Notes: a model not told the origin generated them from the sequence alone. DNA of 64,000 bases from Thermodesulfobacteriota bacterium (GCA_965202785.1 OZ241855.1:768001-832000); one strand, 5' to 3'; shown: positions 1 to 11,024, counted from the first letter of the stretch. Made by a program: numbers and translations.

Positions 1-1
1 C

Positions 2-418
2 GCCGCCAACATGATCATGCTTCCCGAGGGGATATATTACGGGAGGGTAAACGGCGGAAATCTCGATGATGTCGTTTCCTCTCACCTTCGCGGCGAGATA
101 TTTCTTGACTGCTACAGGGGGAGGTCGTGTTATTCCCAGACTTCGCAGGTTTCCGACTATTTTCTGAGAAGGGAGATAGAAAAACTCGGCATTTACGATA
201 TAAGATGGGAATTCGAAAAAGACAACGAGGATTATACCGCGGTCGAGTTCGGGGTCGAAGGAGAAACCACGGTTTACGCCATAGGCACGGTGGTTATGAA
301 CCATAGCGTAAAGCTCCGGACGAGCTGCGATTCACAGGAAGTAAAGGGCATGCCTCAGTTCTTTTTCTACAGCATCGTACCCTACGAGCCTCAGAAGAAG
401 GAAGAAGAGGATTCCTGA
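2..418 (+). CDS. Sucrase/ferredoxin-like (thioredoxin-fold ferredoxin) family protein, 5'-truncated by the window edge
   Basis: The frame is open from base 2 (AANMIMLPEGIYYGRV...YRGRSCY), matching the AAN-x-L-P-x-G-x-x-YGR motif of the Suc_Fer-like family. Confidence 0.7.
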   Translation, partial: AANMIMLPEGIYYGRVNGGNLDDVVSSHLRGEIFLDCYRGRSCYSQTSQVSDYFLRREIEKLGIYDIRWEFEKDNEDYTAVEFGVEGETTVYAIGTVVMNHSVKLRTSCDSQEVKGMPQFFFYSIVPYEPQKKEEEDS

Positions 419-426
419 TCGCCCGC

Positions 427-1380
427 CTAGGGCGAAGCGCGCCGCCGTCCCAGAGATTCTGTGAAATCAAGAATTTCCTGCGAAAGACGCATAGAGCTTT
501 CCTCGTCGGGGATTAGAGTGTCCGTGACGAAAACACTTACTCCCAGGGCTTCTATGGCTGCCGCCTCTCCCGCATCCGAGCGGTCAATAACGAGCACGTC
601 CAGAAAATCGGCGTAAAGCCTGGCCACCTGGGTAGAAGAAGCCTCCATTCCAAGTCCCCTCATGAGCTTGTCTGCCGGACCCTTAAGGGGTTTTCCGCGC
701 ATAAGGGGACTTACGGCAACCTTGAGTCCCGGCGCGCCGACCAGCCTTTCTCTCACTTCCTTTATCTCGAGTATGGGACCTATGCTGATTATCGGGTTGC
801 TCGGGCATATGATTACAAGGTCGGCGCCATCTATCGAGTCAAGAACCAGCGGGGCCGGAGACGCCTCGCGCGCCCCTTTTATCTTGACTCCGCGCACCTC
901 GGGACGCATCGCGTGCTTTATGTAGTATTCCTGGAAGTGCATCTCGCCCGCGTCCGTCTCTATCCATGTCTCGACCCTGTCGTCGCTCATGGGCAGTATG
1001 CGCAGTTCCCCGAGGCCGAAGCGTTGCGCTATCTTCGAAGTGGATTCGCTGAGGGTCCCGCCCCCGTCGGTAACGGCTTTTCTGAACAGGTGAGTGGCGA
1101 GATCCCTGTCCCCGAGCCCGAACCACGTCGGAAAACCGAACCTCGCGGCGGCTCCCAGGAACTCGAACGTGTCGCCTCGGAGCCCCCACCCTTTTTTTTC
1201 GTCTATGCTTCCCGAAAGCCTGTAGATTATGGTGTCTATGTCCGGAGAAACCCTCATTCCGTAAAGATCCATGTCGTCCGCAGTGTTCACTATTACGGTG
1301 AGTTCCGACGGGGGAATTATCCCCGTGAGTCCTTTAAGGAATTTCGCGGCTCCGCTTCCGCCGCCAAGTGCCGTTATCAT
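427..1380 (-). CDS. cofD: 2-phospho-L-lactate transferase (F420 biosynthesis)
   Basis: Motifs MITALGGGSGAAKFL, VNTADD, SPDIDT, WFGLGDRDLATH, PMSDD, HFQEY, PSNPIISIGPIL and KGPADKLM; start set at ATG 1380. Confidence 0.95.
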   Translation of the reverse strand: MITALGGGSGAAKFLKGLTGIIPPSELTVIVNTADDMDLYGMRVSPDIDTIIYRLSGSIDEKKGWGLRGDTFEFLGAAARFGFPTWFGLGDRDLATHLFRKAVTDGGGTLSESTSKIAQRFGLGELRILPMSDDRVETWIETDAGEMHFQEYYIKHAMRPEVRGVKIKGAREASPAPLVLDSIDGADLVIICPSNPIISIGPILEIKEVRERLVGAPGLKVAVSPLMRGKPLKGPADKLMRGLGMEASSTQVARLYADFLDVLVIDRSDAGEAAAIEALGVSVFVTDTLIPDEESSMRLSQEILDFTESLGRRRASP

Positions 1381-1530
1381 CTGAGTTTCTCCGTGCCCCG
1401 GATATTTCACCTGTAAGCTATTTAAGCCCCTTATCCGTGTCAAGCCGGGAACTGCGCGGCCCCCTGCGGCGGCTTGAAAGTTAGTACCGGCTCATATAGA
1501 GTTTAGTTCGTCTTTTCAAGGAAAACCCCG

Positions 1531-3120
1531 TTGGCATTCGATATCATAAAAGACAAGCGGAGCCTTCTCACTAAGGCCCTACTTCTGCTGCTCGCCCTTA
1601 CTTTCGTTATCGGTTTCGGATACGTTGGGGGAATAAGCATAGGAGGGAGAGGTCCCAGCGGCGGAGTTGCGGTTGAGGTCAACGGGGACAAGGTTTCCCT
1701 CGCGGAGTTCTATAACCTCAGGGATTCGATGCTTGACCGCCTGCGCCGCAGCGACCAGCAGATCTCGGACGAGCTTTACGAATACGTGAATTTTTCCGTG
1801 ATCGACTCGCTGGTTAACAAGAAGCTGCTCGCCCAGAAGGCCGAAGAACTGGGAATCAGGGTAAGCCAGGAGGAGCTTTCAGACGCAATAAGAAACGACC
1901 CGGGTTTCCAGGTGGACGACGCTTTCGTGGGGTTTGAGCGCTACCGGGACTTTATTTCAAGGGGACTTAACCGCACCGTGAAGGATTTCGAGGACTCCTA
2001 CAGGGAGGATCTTCTTGTGGCCAAGCTCGTTTCGGTCCTTGACAGTTCCGTAACGGCGAGCGAAGAGGAACTTTTAAGCATCTACAGGGCGCGCGAGGAG
2101 AAAATCGATCTTCACTACGTCTCGTTTGCGGCACGGGATTACCTTGAAGGCCAAAAACCGGGCGAAGAGGAAATCGCACGGTATTACAGAAAAAACACCG
2201 ATCTTTTCTGGGAACCTGAGAAACGCGTGGCGCGCTACGTGAAACTCGCTCCCGGGGATTTCACCGAGGATGCCGAGGTTTCCGACGAGGAAATCGAGGC
2301 CTACTACACGACTTACCCGGAGGAATTTCTTTCCGAAGGGACCCCGAAACCGTTTGACGACGTAAAGGGGGATATAAAAAAGCAGCTCGTGGATGGCAAG
2401 TCCAAGCTTCTCTACGACCAGTTCCTTGAGGAGTTCCTCCAGAAACGCTCCTTCTCGGACCTTCTTTCCGAAAAAAGCTCGCTTGAGGTGAAAGAAACCG
2501 CGGAGTTTGCCCTCGGAGGCGTGAGCGGAGACGTTCCCGGCGCCGTAAGAAGAGAGGCTTTTTCGGTGAAGAAAAAGAGGCTTTCAAGCGTGGTGCTTCG
2601 GGATTTCACCTGGTTTTTCGAGGTAACCAGGGTCAAGTCCTCAAAGCGGTCGGGAATTGAGCCCGCGCGCGGGGAGATTATAGAGGCGCTGAAAAGGGAA
2701 AAGGCCGTTGATCGGGCCAGAGAATCCGCCGGGGGCAGTCTCGCGAAAATAACCGCCTCTGGCAAAGGTTTCTCCGGGGCAGCCAAGTCCCTGGGTCTTT
2801 CGGTGGAGCGCACCGGTTTTTTCTCACGGTCCGAGGATCCCCTGGAAGTCGAATCCGGGGATTTCATCTCAGATGTCTTCGGCCTTAGAAGCAACCGTTC
2901 TACCCCCAATCGTGTCTACAAGTCGGGGGAGACTTTCTACATAGTGTCGCTTGCGAAGACAAAGCCCGCCGACAGCGGGTACTTCGGGAACGAGAGGGAT
3001 TCTCTTAGGCGCCAGGAGGTTTCGTTGCGAAAAATGCTTGTGATCGAACGCCTGCTTGAGAGCCTCAGAGAAAGCTCCAAGATCTCGCCCAACAAGAACC
3101 TTCTTTCCCAGGGAGGATAA
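1531..3120 (+). CDS. PpiD-like membrane-anchored periplasmic chaperone (SurA N-terminal domain)
   Basis: N-terminal TM helix, VAVEVNGDKVS and LLAQKAEELGIRVS; rotamase-like repeats appear degenerate. Confidence 0.8.
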   Translation: MAFDIIKDKRSLLTKALLLLLALTFVIGFGYVGGISIGGRGPSGGVAVEVNGDKVSLAEFYNLRDSMLDRLRRSDQQISDELYEYVNFSVIDSLVNKKLLAQKAEELGIRVSQEELSDAIRNDPGFQVDDAFVGFERYRDFISRGLNRTVKDFEDSYREDLLVAKLVSVLDSSVTASEEELLSIYRAREEKIDLHYVSFAARDYLEGQKPGEEEIARYYRKNTDLFWEPEKRVARYVKLAPGDFTEDAEVSDEEIEAYYTTYPEEFLSEGTPKPFDDVKGDIKKQLVDGKSKLLYDQFLEEFLQKRSFSDLLSEKSSLEVKETAEFALGGVSGDVPGAVRREAFSVKKKRLSSVVLRDFTWFFEVTRVKSSKRSGIEPARGEIIEALKREKAVDRARESAGGSLAKITASGKGFSGAAKSLGLSVERTGFFSRSEDPLEVESGDFISDVFGLRSNRSTPNRVYKSGETFYIVSLAKTKPADSGYFGNERDSLRRQEVSLRKMLVIERLLESLRESSKISPNKNLLSQGG

Positions 3121-3136
3121 CTTTCCGCCCGGAAAG

Positions 3137-3166
3137 TTGAAAAACCACTTCATCTTGTGGTATAAT
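3137..3166 (+). promoter_or_regulatory. Putative sigma70 promoter for smc-secA
   Basis: TTGAAA-N18-TATAAT with an extended -10 TGn (TGG). Confidence 0.6.
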
Positions 3167-3374
3167 TTAAATTGACCGGAAGGCCTTGATCGATAAGGGA
3201 TCTTTTTCACGTACCGCCGAAGAGTTATCCCGGCGGCTTTCTTCAGGATTCTGGCCCCTTCAGGACTTCTATATATAGATGCGGGAGTTTTAACTTTCCC
3301 GGCCACGGCGAGGGTTTTGCGTGAAACGGGCGGCGGCGCGCGTGGACGCAACGATGCCGGGCCGCGGTTCTCCC

Positions 3375-6300
3375 ATGAGAATTAAAGCACTTGAAATAGC
3401 AGGTTTTAAATCTTTTTACCTGAAGACGAGAATAGACTTCTCCGAGGGCATAACCGCGATAGTCGGTCCCAACGGCTGCGGAAAATCCAATATTCTCGAC
3501 GCCATCAGGTGGGTAATCGGCGAACACAACCCGAGACAGCTGCGCGCGGGGGGGATGGAAGACGTTATCTCCAACGGGAGCGCCGAGCTCAAGCCCCTGG
3601 GCATGGCCGACGTGTCCATGGTCCTCGAGGAGGTCGAGGGCTTCGGTTTCGAGGAAGTCAGGATCCGGAGGAAACTTTACCGCTCGGGAGAGAGCGAATA
3701 CAGCATAAACGGGGTCAAGTGCCGCCTCAAGGACATAACCGAGATGCTTCTTGACACCGGAGTGGGCGCGAGGGCCTATTCGATCGTCGAGCAGGGCCAG
3801 GTCGAGTCCTTCATAATGTCGAAGCCCGAGGAGAAAAGAAAATTCATAGAGGAAGTCGCGGGGATCGAGAAGTACAAGCTCAGAAGAAAGGAAACCCGAA
3901 GCAGGATAGAGTCGACGAGGGAGAACCTCTCCCGCGTTCTTGACATGAAGCGCGAGGTCTCGGACCGCATTGAGGCCGTGGCGCTTCAGGCAAAGCGCGC
4001 TAGGCAGTACGAGGAGCTTACCGGGCGGGCCCGCTCGCTTGAATTTGATGTTCTCTCGGCCAAGCTCTCAGGCTCGCAGCAGCGCAAAGAAGCGCTTGTT
4101 GAAAAAAAGCTCGGGGCGGAGCAGTTCGTCCGCTCAGCCGACGCCGAGCTGGAGCAAAAGCGCGGACTGCTTCAAGAGGCGAGGGAGAAAAACTCCGTTT
4201 CAGGCCAGGATCTGGGTTCCCTTGAGAAGGAGATCTACGAGCTTCGGGCGCAGAAAAGGGAAAACGAGTACCGCAGGTCGTCGATCGAACGGGAGACCGC
4301 CGGTATTTCAAGCTACGTAAGGAACATTGAAGCCGAGATAGAGAGCCTCGGGCGCGAAGTCTCGGAGATGGAGGAGAAAAGCAGCCGCGCGGGGCGCCAG
4401 TCAGAGGAACTTAAAAACACGCGTCTTTCGGCTTCCGAGGAGATTTCGCACGAGGAACAGAACCTTGTGACCTTAAAAAGCGAATGGGAGCGGAGCAAAA
4501 AGGAACTCGAGGAAACTGCGGAGCTGGTCTCTGAAGTGATGACCAGAAGAAGCTCGCTTGGAAGCACCATAGGCGCTTTCTCAAAGGAGCTTGAGGAGCT
4601 TGCGGAGAAAAAAGAGGTACTTGAGGGGGAGGCTTCCGCCTTGGGACTTGAAAAACTCGAGTGCGAGAGAAGGCTTGCCTCGCTTCGCAGCCGGGAAGGG
4701 GAAATAAAAGACGAATTCACCTCGGCCACCAGAGAAAAAGAAGAGATCGATTCGCGTCTTTACGACCTTAGGGTCGAGCACGAGAAGAAACTCGGCGAAC
4801 TGAGAGGTCTTGAAGGCAGAAAAAAAGACTGCGTCTCCAGAGTGGAGGCCCTTAACAAAATACAGAGCAACTACGAATGGCTTCCCGACGCCACGCGCAA
4901 GTTCGTGCTCGAGCGCAAGCAAAGGGGCGTGCTGGGGGTCGTTTCCGATTTCGTTTCCGTTCCGAGAAACTACGAAAGAGCGGTCGAGGCAGCCTTCGGG
5001 GAAAAACTCAACTGGATAGTTGTCGAAGGGAGTACGGAGGCGGTCGCCGCGGTTGAGCTTCTAAGGGAGTTTGACGCGGGAAGGGGAACCTTCATACCGG
5101 CAACCGACCAGTTCGCGGCAAACGGTTCAGAGAACGGAAACGGCAGGGCCAACGGACACGGCAAGCCGGATGCCACCTCCCTTAACAGCCTCCTTGACGT
5201 GAAAGTGATAGAGAAGAGCCTTGTTGACTCGATGCTGCAGGAAGTTTACGTCGCTTCCGATCTGAGGGAAGCCATCAGGCTTAAGAGCCGGACGGGAAAC
5301 GGTGCGTGCTTTGCCACTCTGGAGGGAGACTACGTCGATTCCCAAGGGGCTGTGACGGGCGGAAAATCCCTGGCAGGTGTGTTTGAGAGAAAAAGGGAAA
5401 TCGAGGAGCTTGAGGGGCAGACACAGACCCTTTTGGCCAACATAGAGAAACTCGAGTCCGCCTGCAGGGCGCTTAAAGAGGAGATGGATGCGCTTGCGGG
5501 CCGCCGGACGCAGGTCGAGGAACTTCTTCGGCGCTGCGAGATAAACTCGGTTGAGAACGCAAAAGACCGCTCGAACGCGGAGACCAGGATTGAAGAGCTG
5601 GGAACGAGAATCGCGAGCCTCGAGGTGCAGCGCGACGAACTTGAGGGCAAGCTCGGGAGCAAGAACCGCACCGTCGAGGAAATGGAACTGCTCATAGGGC
5701 AGCTTGACGGCCAGAGAGGCGAGCTTGAGTCAAGATACGGGGAAATCGAAAAGCGGGCTCTTGGGTTTGCGGAGGAGGAAAAAGCGCTTCAGGAGAGGAT
5801 AACGAAACTCAGGATAGAGAACGCCGGGGTTCTTGAAAGGGAAAAGGCTCTTGAGCACGAGATATCGGAAGCCGAGAGAATAAAGGCGGTTATAAACGAG
5901 AAGCTTTCGCTCAGAAGAAAGGATGGAGAGCTTAAAAAACAGGAGGCCGAAGCGCTTGCCCTGTCGGGACGCCAGGCGGAAGAGGAGTTTGAGAAGATCT
6001 GCCGCGACCTCGACTTAAGAGAGGAGTCCTTCGGGGAACTCAGGGAAAGGGTGTCGCGCTACGCGGAGGAACTCCGCGGAAGCGAAGAGGAATTCGAAGC
6101 CGCCTCACAAGAACTTTCCTCGCGAAGAGAGCAGCTTGCCTCGGCCCAGGCGCGGCTTGAACGCGCGGAGGACGAGTTTGAGTATCTGAGCGAACGGTAC
6201 GCAGAGACGTTCGGCGATGATCCCCCCGATACCTCGCAAAGCCAAAATCTCTCCCATGTTTCGATACCCGATGCGGAAAGGGAGCTTAAGACGCTTCGGC

Positions 6301-6911
6301 GGCGCGTAGAGAATTTCGGTCCCGTGAACCTGCTTGCGCCCGAGGAATACGAGCAGCTTGAGGAGAGAAACGTGTTTCTCCAGCGCCAGACCGATGACCT
6401 CGCCCGGGCGCTTGATTACTTGGAAGGCGCCATAAGGAAACTCGACAGGGAGTCGGTTTCAAGGTTCCGGGAGGCGTTTGAAACCGTAAACGGGAAATTC
6501 AGCGAAACCTTCTGCAAGCTTTTCGAAAACGGAGAGGCTCGCCTTGAGCTTATAGACCCCAGGAACCTGCTTGAAACCGGAGTGGAGGTCATGATAAGGC
6601 CCGGAGGAAAGCGGTTCCAGCCGATAAACTTGCTCTCGGGAGGGGAAAAGGCGCTTTCGGCCATAGCGGTCATAATCTCCGCGTGCCTGGTAAAGCCCGT
6701 TCCCTTTGTGTTCCTGGATGAAATAGACGCCGCGCTTGACGAAGTGAACACGGTGAGGTTCAACAAGATCCTGAGCGAGATATCGGCCCATTCCCAGGTG
6801 GCCGTCATCACGCATAACAGAAAAACCATGCACGAGGCTGACGCGCTTATAGGAATAACCACAGACGGTACCGCCGCTTCTAGGGTCGTAAGCGTGAAGC
6901 TTGACGCCTGA
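3375..6911 (+). CDS. smc: Chromosome segregation protein SMC
   Basis: Walker A VGPNGCGKSN, coiled coils, hinge (GVLGVVSD...GRGTFIP), signature LSGGEKA and Walker B FLDEIDAALD; start at MRIKALEIAGFKSF. Confidence 0.97.
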   Translation: MRIKALEIAGFKSFYLKTRIDFSEGITAIVGPNGCGKSNILDAIRWVIGEHNPRQLRAGGMEDVISNGSAELKPLGMADVSMVLEEVEGFGFEEVRIRRKLYRSGESEYSINGVKCRLKDITEMLLDTGVGARAYSIVEQGQVESFIMSKPEEKRKFIEEVAGIEKYKLRRKETRSRIESTRENLSRVLDMKREVSDRIEAVALQAKRARQYEELTGRARSLEFDVLSAKLSGSQQRKEALVEKKLGAEQFVRSADAELEQKRGLLQEAREKNSVSGQDLGSLEKEIYELRAQKRENEYRRSSIERETAGISSYVRNIEAEIESLGREVSEMEEKSSRAGRQSEELKNTRLSASEEISHEEQNLVTLKSEWERSKKELEETAELVSEVMTRRSSLGSTIGAFSKELEELAEKKEVLEGEASALGLEKLECERRLASLRSREGEIKDEFTSATREKEEIDSRLYDLRVEHEKKLGELRGLEGRKKDCVSRVEALNKIQSNYEWLPDATRKFVLERKQRGVLGVVSDFVSVPRNYERAVEAAFGEKLNWIVVEGSTEAVAAVELLREFDAGRGTFIPATDQFAANGSENGNGRANGHGKPDATSLNSLLDVKVIEKSLVDSMLQEVYVASDLREAIRLKSRTGNGACFATLEGDYVDSQGAVTGGKSLAGVFERKREIEELEGQTQTLLANIEKLESACRALKEEMDALAGRRTQVEELLRRCEINSVENAKDRSNAETRIEELGTRIASLEVQRDELEGKLGSKNRTVEEMELLIGQLDGQRGELESRYGEIEKRALGFAEEEKALQERITKLRIENAGVLEREKALEHEISEAERIKAVINEKLSLRRKDGELKKQEAEALALSGRQAEEEFEKICRDLDLREESFGELRERVSRYAEELRGSEEEFEAASQELSSRREQLASAQARLERAEDEFEYLSERYAETFGDDPPDTSQSQNLSHVSIPDAERELKTLRRRVENFGPVNLLAPEEYEQLEERNVFLQRQTDDLARALDYLEGAIRKLDRESVSRFREAFETVNGKFSETFCKLFENGEARLELIDPRNLLETGVEVMIRPGGKRFQPINLLSGGEKALSAIAVIISACLVKPVPFVFLDEIDAALDEVNTVRFNKILSEISAHSQVAVITHNRKTMHEADALIGITTDGTAASRVVSVKLDA

Positions 6912-7014
6912 AGCCAGAAATTCCTTGTCTATTTCCCACGGATTATTAGACTGTTTTAGGAGAGCTGTTCCCGAGCATTGCGGGAACCGTTAGCAAAGGA
7001 GACCGCTTCGGCGC

Positions 7015-9870
7015 ATGATTTCTTACGTCCTGAAAAAAATAGTCGGCTCGCAGAACGAAAGGGAGGTAAAGAGGCTCGGCGTTTTTGCAGAGCGGATAAA
7101 TACCCTTGAAGAAACCCTGGTTAAGGTTCCCACGGCGGAGCTTCGCGCGAAAACCTCGCAGTTCCGGGAACTGATACATTCCCGCCTCGGTACAAACGGA
7201 AATCCGTCCGACGAGAAATATTTCGCTGAGATGGAGCGGGTTCTCGAGGAGATCCTGCCGGAGGCGTTCGCCGCCGTAAGGGAAGCGTCAAGAAGAACGA
7301 TAGCCATGAGGCATTTTGATGTCCAGATGATAGGGGGAATGGTTCTTCACAGAGGCAGAATAGCCGAGATGAGAACCGGGGAGGGAAAGACACTGGTCGC
7401 CGTCTTGCCCCTTTACTTAAACGCCCTCACCGGGCTCGGTTCCCACCTTATCACGGTAAACGATTACCTGGCTGCAAGGGATGCCACCTGGATGTCGCCG
7501 ATTTTTATGGTCCTAGACATGAAGGTGGGAGTTATAAATCACGACGCCTCCTACGTACTTGCCTGGGAGGACCCCAAGCGGGCCGAAGAGTCGGTAGAGA
7601 AAAACCTGACCGCGTGGCCAAACGAGTATCTGGCGAGCGATGTTCTTCCCGAAAAAAACCTCGACATCATAAATTCCTTCAAGACCTGCCTCGAGCCTTC
7701 ATCCAGGCAGGATTCCTACCAGGCGGATATTACCTACGGTACCAACAACGAGTTCGGTTTCGACTACTTGCGCGACAACATGAAGTTCTCTCTTGAGAGC
7801 TACGTTCAGCGCGGCCACAATTTCGCCATAGTGGACGAGGTCGACAGCATTCTCATAGACGAGGCTAGAACCCCGCTTATAATCTCAGGGCCTTCGGAGG
7901 ACTCGACCGATCTTTACTACAAGGTGGACAAGGTGGTGAAGACGCTCTCCGGGAAGACCGATTTCACGGTGGACGAGAAAACAAGGCAGGTGGATCTTAC
8001 CGAGGAGGGGGTTTCCAAGGTGGAGAGGGACCTCGACGTTGCGAACCTCTACGATCCCGTCAGCCTCAAGATTCTCCACCACGTTAACCAGTCGCTTCGT
8101 GCCAATGCCCTTTTCAACCTCGACGTCGACTACATGATGCAGGACGGGAAGGTGGTTATAGTCGACGAGTTCACGGGAAGGCTCATGCCGGGGCGCAGGT
8201 GGAGCGACGGGCTTCACCAGGCGGTTGAGGCCAAGGAAGGGGTGGAAATCGAAAGCGAGAACCAGACGATGGCCACCATAACCATCCAGAACTATTTCAG
8301 GATGTACAGAAAGCTTGCCGGTATGACGGGTACCGCCGACACAGAAGCGTTTGAGTTTAAGCACATATATGATCTTGACGTCACCGTGATACCGACCCAC
8401 AAGCCGCTTGTAAGGAAAGATTACGAAGATGTTGTCTACAGGACCGAGCGCGAGAAATTCAACGCCGCGTGTGCGGAGATAAAGGAAATGAATTCCGCCG
8501 GCCGGCCGGTGCTTGTCGGCACCTCGTCGATCGAGCAGTCGGAAAAACTGGGCGAGTACCTTGAGAAGATAGGTCTTGGACACAACGTGCTTAACGCCAA
8601 ACAGCACGGAAAGGAGGCCGAGATCGTCGCCCAGGCGGGCAGAATAGGGTCCATAACCATAGCGACCAACATGGCGGGTAGGGGAACGGACATACTGCTC
8701 GGCGGGAATCCCGAATTCCTTGCAAGGGATATTCTCAGGAAAGAGCTCAGGGTCCAGCCCGAGGAAGCAGATCCCAAGCAGTACGAGGAAGCGCTTTTCG
8801 AGGCGAAATCGATCTGCGATTCGGAAAAGGAGAAAGTTAAGGAACTCGGCGGACTTCATATCCTTTCGGTCGAAAGACACGAGGCTAGGAGGATAGATAA
8901 CCAGTTTAGGGGAAGAGCGGGAAGGCAGGGAGATGACGGATCTTCTAGGTTCTATGTTTCCCTTGAAGACGACCTGATGCGTATTTTCGCCTCGGAGAGG
9001 ATAACGGGAGTCATGGACAAGCTCGGATGGGAGGAAGGGGAGCCGATTGAGCACTCGATGATAAGCAAGTCGATTGAGAACGCCCAGAAAAAGGTCGAGG
9101 GAAGGAATTTCGACATCCGCAAGCATCTTTTGAGGTACGATGATGTTCTCAACACGCAAAGGGACGTTGTCTACAGCCAGCGCCGCGAGATACTTGAAGG
9201 CGGTGAGAGCCTCAGAGAGATAGTTTTTTCGTCTTCAGAAGACATCGTTCGGGAAGTTGTGAGCGACTACTTGGCAGGGCGGGACGACCGCCCGGAATCT
9301 GATTTCTCCGAGCTCTGCGAAGTTATCGGGAGAATTTTCGGAACGGAAATCGAGATAGAAGCCTCCGGCAAGGCGGACGGGGAAGTCATAACGGAAGAAG
9401 TCACCGGAAAACTGATTGCCGCATACCGGGAAAAAGCGGAGAAAATAGGCCCTGAGCACCTCTCGCAGGTCGAACGCTACGTCATGCTTCAGCACATCGA
9501 CTACCTCTGGAAGGATCATCTTCTTAACATGGATCACCTTAGGGAAGGGGTGGGACTCAGGGGATACGCACAGAAAGACCCCCTTCGGGAATACACCAAA
9601 GAGGGCTTTGACATGTTCACTCTCATGATGGACAAGTTCAGGATGGATGTCTGCTCGAATCTTTTCAGGATACAGCCCGCGAGTGAAGAACAGATCGAGG
9701 AACTTGAGAGAAAAAGAGAGCTTGAGGAAAAAAAGATGGTGCTCGGGCGGGGAGAAGGGTCGGAAGAAAAGGCCAAGACGCCGGTCAGGAGAACGCAGAA
9801 GAAAGTCGGTCGGAACAGCCCGTGCCCTTGCGGCAGCGGCAAGAAATACAAAAAGTGCTGCGGTCGGTAA
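7015..9870 (+). CDS. secA: Preprotein translocase ATPase SecA
   Basis: Motifs [42 protein letters not shown] and [11 protein letters not shown]; C-terminal [13 protein letters not shown]. Confidence 0.99.
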   Translation: MISYVLKKIVGSQNEREVKRLGVFAERINTLEETLVKVPTAELRAKTSQFRELIHSRLGTNGNPSDEKYFAEMERVLEEILPEAFAAVREASRRTIAMRHFDVQMIGGMVLHRGRIAEMRTGEGKTLVAVLPLYLNALTGLGSHLITVNDYLAARDATWMSPIFMVLDMKVGVINHDASYVLAWEDPKRAEESVEKNLTAWPNEYLASDVLPEKNLDIINSFKTCLEPSSRQDSYQADITYGTNNEFGFDYLRDNMKFSLESYVQRGHNFAIVDEVDSILIDEARTPLIISGPSEDSTDLYYKVDKVVKTLSGKTDFTVDEKTRQVDLTEEGVSKVERDLDVANLYDPVSLKILHHVNQSLRANALFNLDVDYMMQDGKVVIVDEFTGRLMPGRRWSDGLHQAVEAKEGVEIESENQTMATITIQNYFRMYRKLAGMTGTADTEAFEFKHIYDLDVTVIPTHKPLVRKDYEDVVYRTEREKFNAACAEIKEMNSAGRPVLVGTSSIEQSEKLGEYLEKIGLGHNVLNAKQHGKEAEIVAQAGRIGSITIATNMAGRGTDILLGGNPEFLARDILRKELRVQPEEADPKQYEEALFEAKSICDSEKEKVKELGGLHILSVERHEARRIDNQFRGRAGRQGDDGSSRFYVSLEDDLMRIFASERITGVMDKLGWEEGEPIEHSMISKSIENAQKKVEGRNFDIRKHLLRYDDVLNTQRDVVYSQRREILEGGESLREIVFSSSEDIVREVVSDYLAGRDDRPESDFSELCEVIGRIFGTEIEIEASGKADGEVITEEVTGKLIAAYREKAEKIGPEHLSQVERYVMLQHIDYLWKDHLLNMDHLREGVGLRGYAQKDPLREYTKEGFDMFTLMMDKFRMDVCSNLFRIQPASEEQIEELERKRELEEKKMVLGRGEGSEEKAKTPVRRTQKKVGRNSPCPCGSGKKYKKCCGR

Positions 9871-9892
9871 TAATATTGGATAGGGTGTCTTA

Positions 9893-10159
9893 ATGGCTGG
9901 GAAAATCTATGTTCGCAGGGGAAGAGTTCCTTTTTTCTCTCTTCCTTTCATCGCACTTTTCGTGGTCGTGGCCGTCTGCCTTTTCGCATTTTTCGGCTTT
10001 CTGGCTCTGGTTGCATTAGGAGTGCTCGGAGCAGGGGCCTCGGTTTTGAGGAAGCTGTTTCCGGGCAAGGATAGAAAACCCGGTCCCCGCGCGGGCGAAC
10101 CCGGAGGGGATACTATTACCCTCGGAGAGGACGATTACGAAGTAAGAGATGTAGACTAG
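9893..10159 (+). CDS. Small hypothetical membrane protein
   Basis: 88 aa with a long hydrophobic segment and acidic tail (EDDYEVRDVD); follows secA on the same strand. Confidence 0.65.
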   Translation: MAGKIYVRRGRVPFFSLPFIALFVVVAVCLFAFFGFLALVALGVLGAGASVLRKLFPGKDRKPGPRAGEPGGDTITLGEDDYEVRDVD

Positions 10160-10187
10160 CTTCCCCGGACGGCGCGTGGAACTCGCG

Positions 10188-10466
10188 TCAGAGTGCCTTT
10201 TCTATTTCCTCCGCCAGACTCAGGTCTTTTTCCGTGATTCCACCCTCGCTGTGGGTTGAAAGGGTGATGGAAACCTTGTTCCACCGTATGAGAATGTCGG
10301 GGTGGTGGTCTGCCCTTTCGGAAAGAAGGGCGACCTTGTTCACAAAACCCATGGAATCGACAAAATTTCTGAGAACGAAGGTTTTTTCTATCTCTTCTCC
10401 CTTCCTCTGCCACCCCTGAAGGCCGTCGAGTGCGGAAGAAATTTCTTTTTCGGTTAGAAGTGCCAT
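10188..10466 (-). CDS. phhB: Pterin-4-alpha-carbinolamine dehydratase
   Basis: Motifs DHHPDI and LSTHSEGGITEKD. Confidence 0.92.
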   Translation of the reverse strand: MALLTEKEISSALDGLQGWQRKGEEIEKTFVLRNFVDSMGFVNKVALLSERADHHPDILIRWNKVSITLSTHSEGGITEKDLSLAEEIEKAL

Positions 10467-10493
10467 ATATTTTTTCATTATATATTAACCGTG

Positions 10494-11024
10494 ATGAGTA
10501 TTCCATTGAATGACTCTGAAGCTTCGCCAAGTGTTGTTTTCATAGGTATCGGCGGCAACATCGGCCCCGTCCGCGAGAATTTCGCCAAGGCCCTTAAAAG
10601 CATCGAAAAGCGCGCGCGCGTGGCGGCCGTATCCTCCCTTTACGAATCGGATCCCGTGGGACCGCAGGACCAGCCGAAGTTCACAAACGCTGTCGTTAAG
10701 GCGGAAACGGAACTCTCCCCTTTTGAGCTCCTTGATTACCTCAAGACAATCGAAAAGGAGATCGGGAGAAAAAAAACGAAGAGGTGGGGACCCAGGGTGA
10801 TAGATCTTGACATAATCTTCTACGGAGACCTCGTAATAAGCACGGATTCCTTGGTAATTCCTCACCCGAGGGCGCACGAAAGAAGATTTGTCCTGGAGCC
10901 CCTGCTCGAGATAGAACCGGACGCCTGGCATCCCGCAAAGAACATGGCGGTAAGGGATATATGTTCCGGGCTAGGGGATTCGCAAGGGATTTCGAAAACT
11001 GACGGCCCAGGGGTGCTTCGCTGA
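10494..11024 (+). CDS. folK: 2-amino-4-hydroxy-6-hydroxymethyldihydropteridine diphosphokinase
   Basis: Motifs IGIGGNIG, SSLYES, QPKFTNAV, WGPRVIDLDII and IPHPRAHERRFVLEPL; start uncertain (10491, 10494 or 10506). Confidence 0.95.
   Translation: MSIPLNDSEASPSVVFIGIGGNIGPVRENFAKALKSIEKRARVAAVSSLYESDPVGPQDQPKFTNAVVKAETELSPFELLDYLKTIEKEIGRKKTKRWGPRVIDLDIIFYGDLVISTDSLVIPHPRAHERRFVLEPLLEIEPDAWHPAKNMAVRDICSGLGDSQGISKTDGPGVLR

Noticed and set aside
3170-3200. GACCGGAAGG resembling the SRP RNA loop
   Set aside because: It lacks the flanking CAGG...AGCAGC helix-8 motif
5119-5170. NG-rich stretch in the SMC hinge (NGSENGNGRANGHG)
   Set aside because: A low-complexity linker with no intein or other insertion hallmarks
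7885-9159. 424-aa antisense ORF inside secA (likewise 19123-20046, 43168-44043, 45914-46933 and 13139-13867)
   Set aside because: Antisense shadows of conserved genes with no independent coding signal
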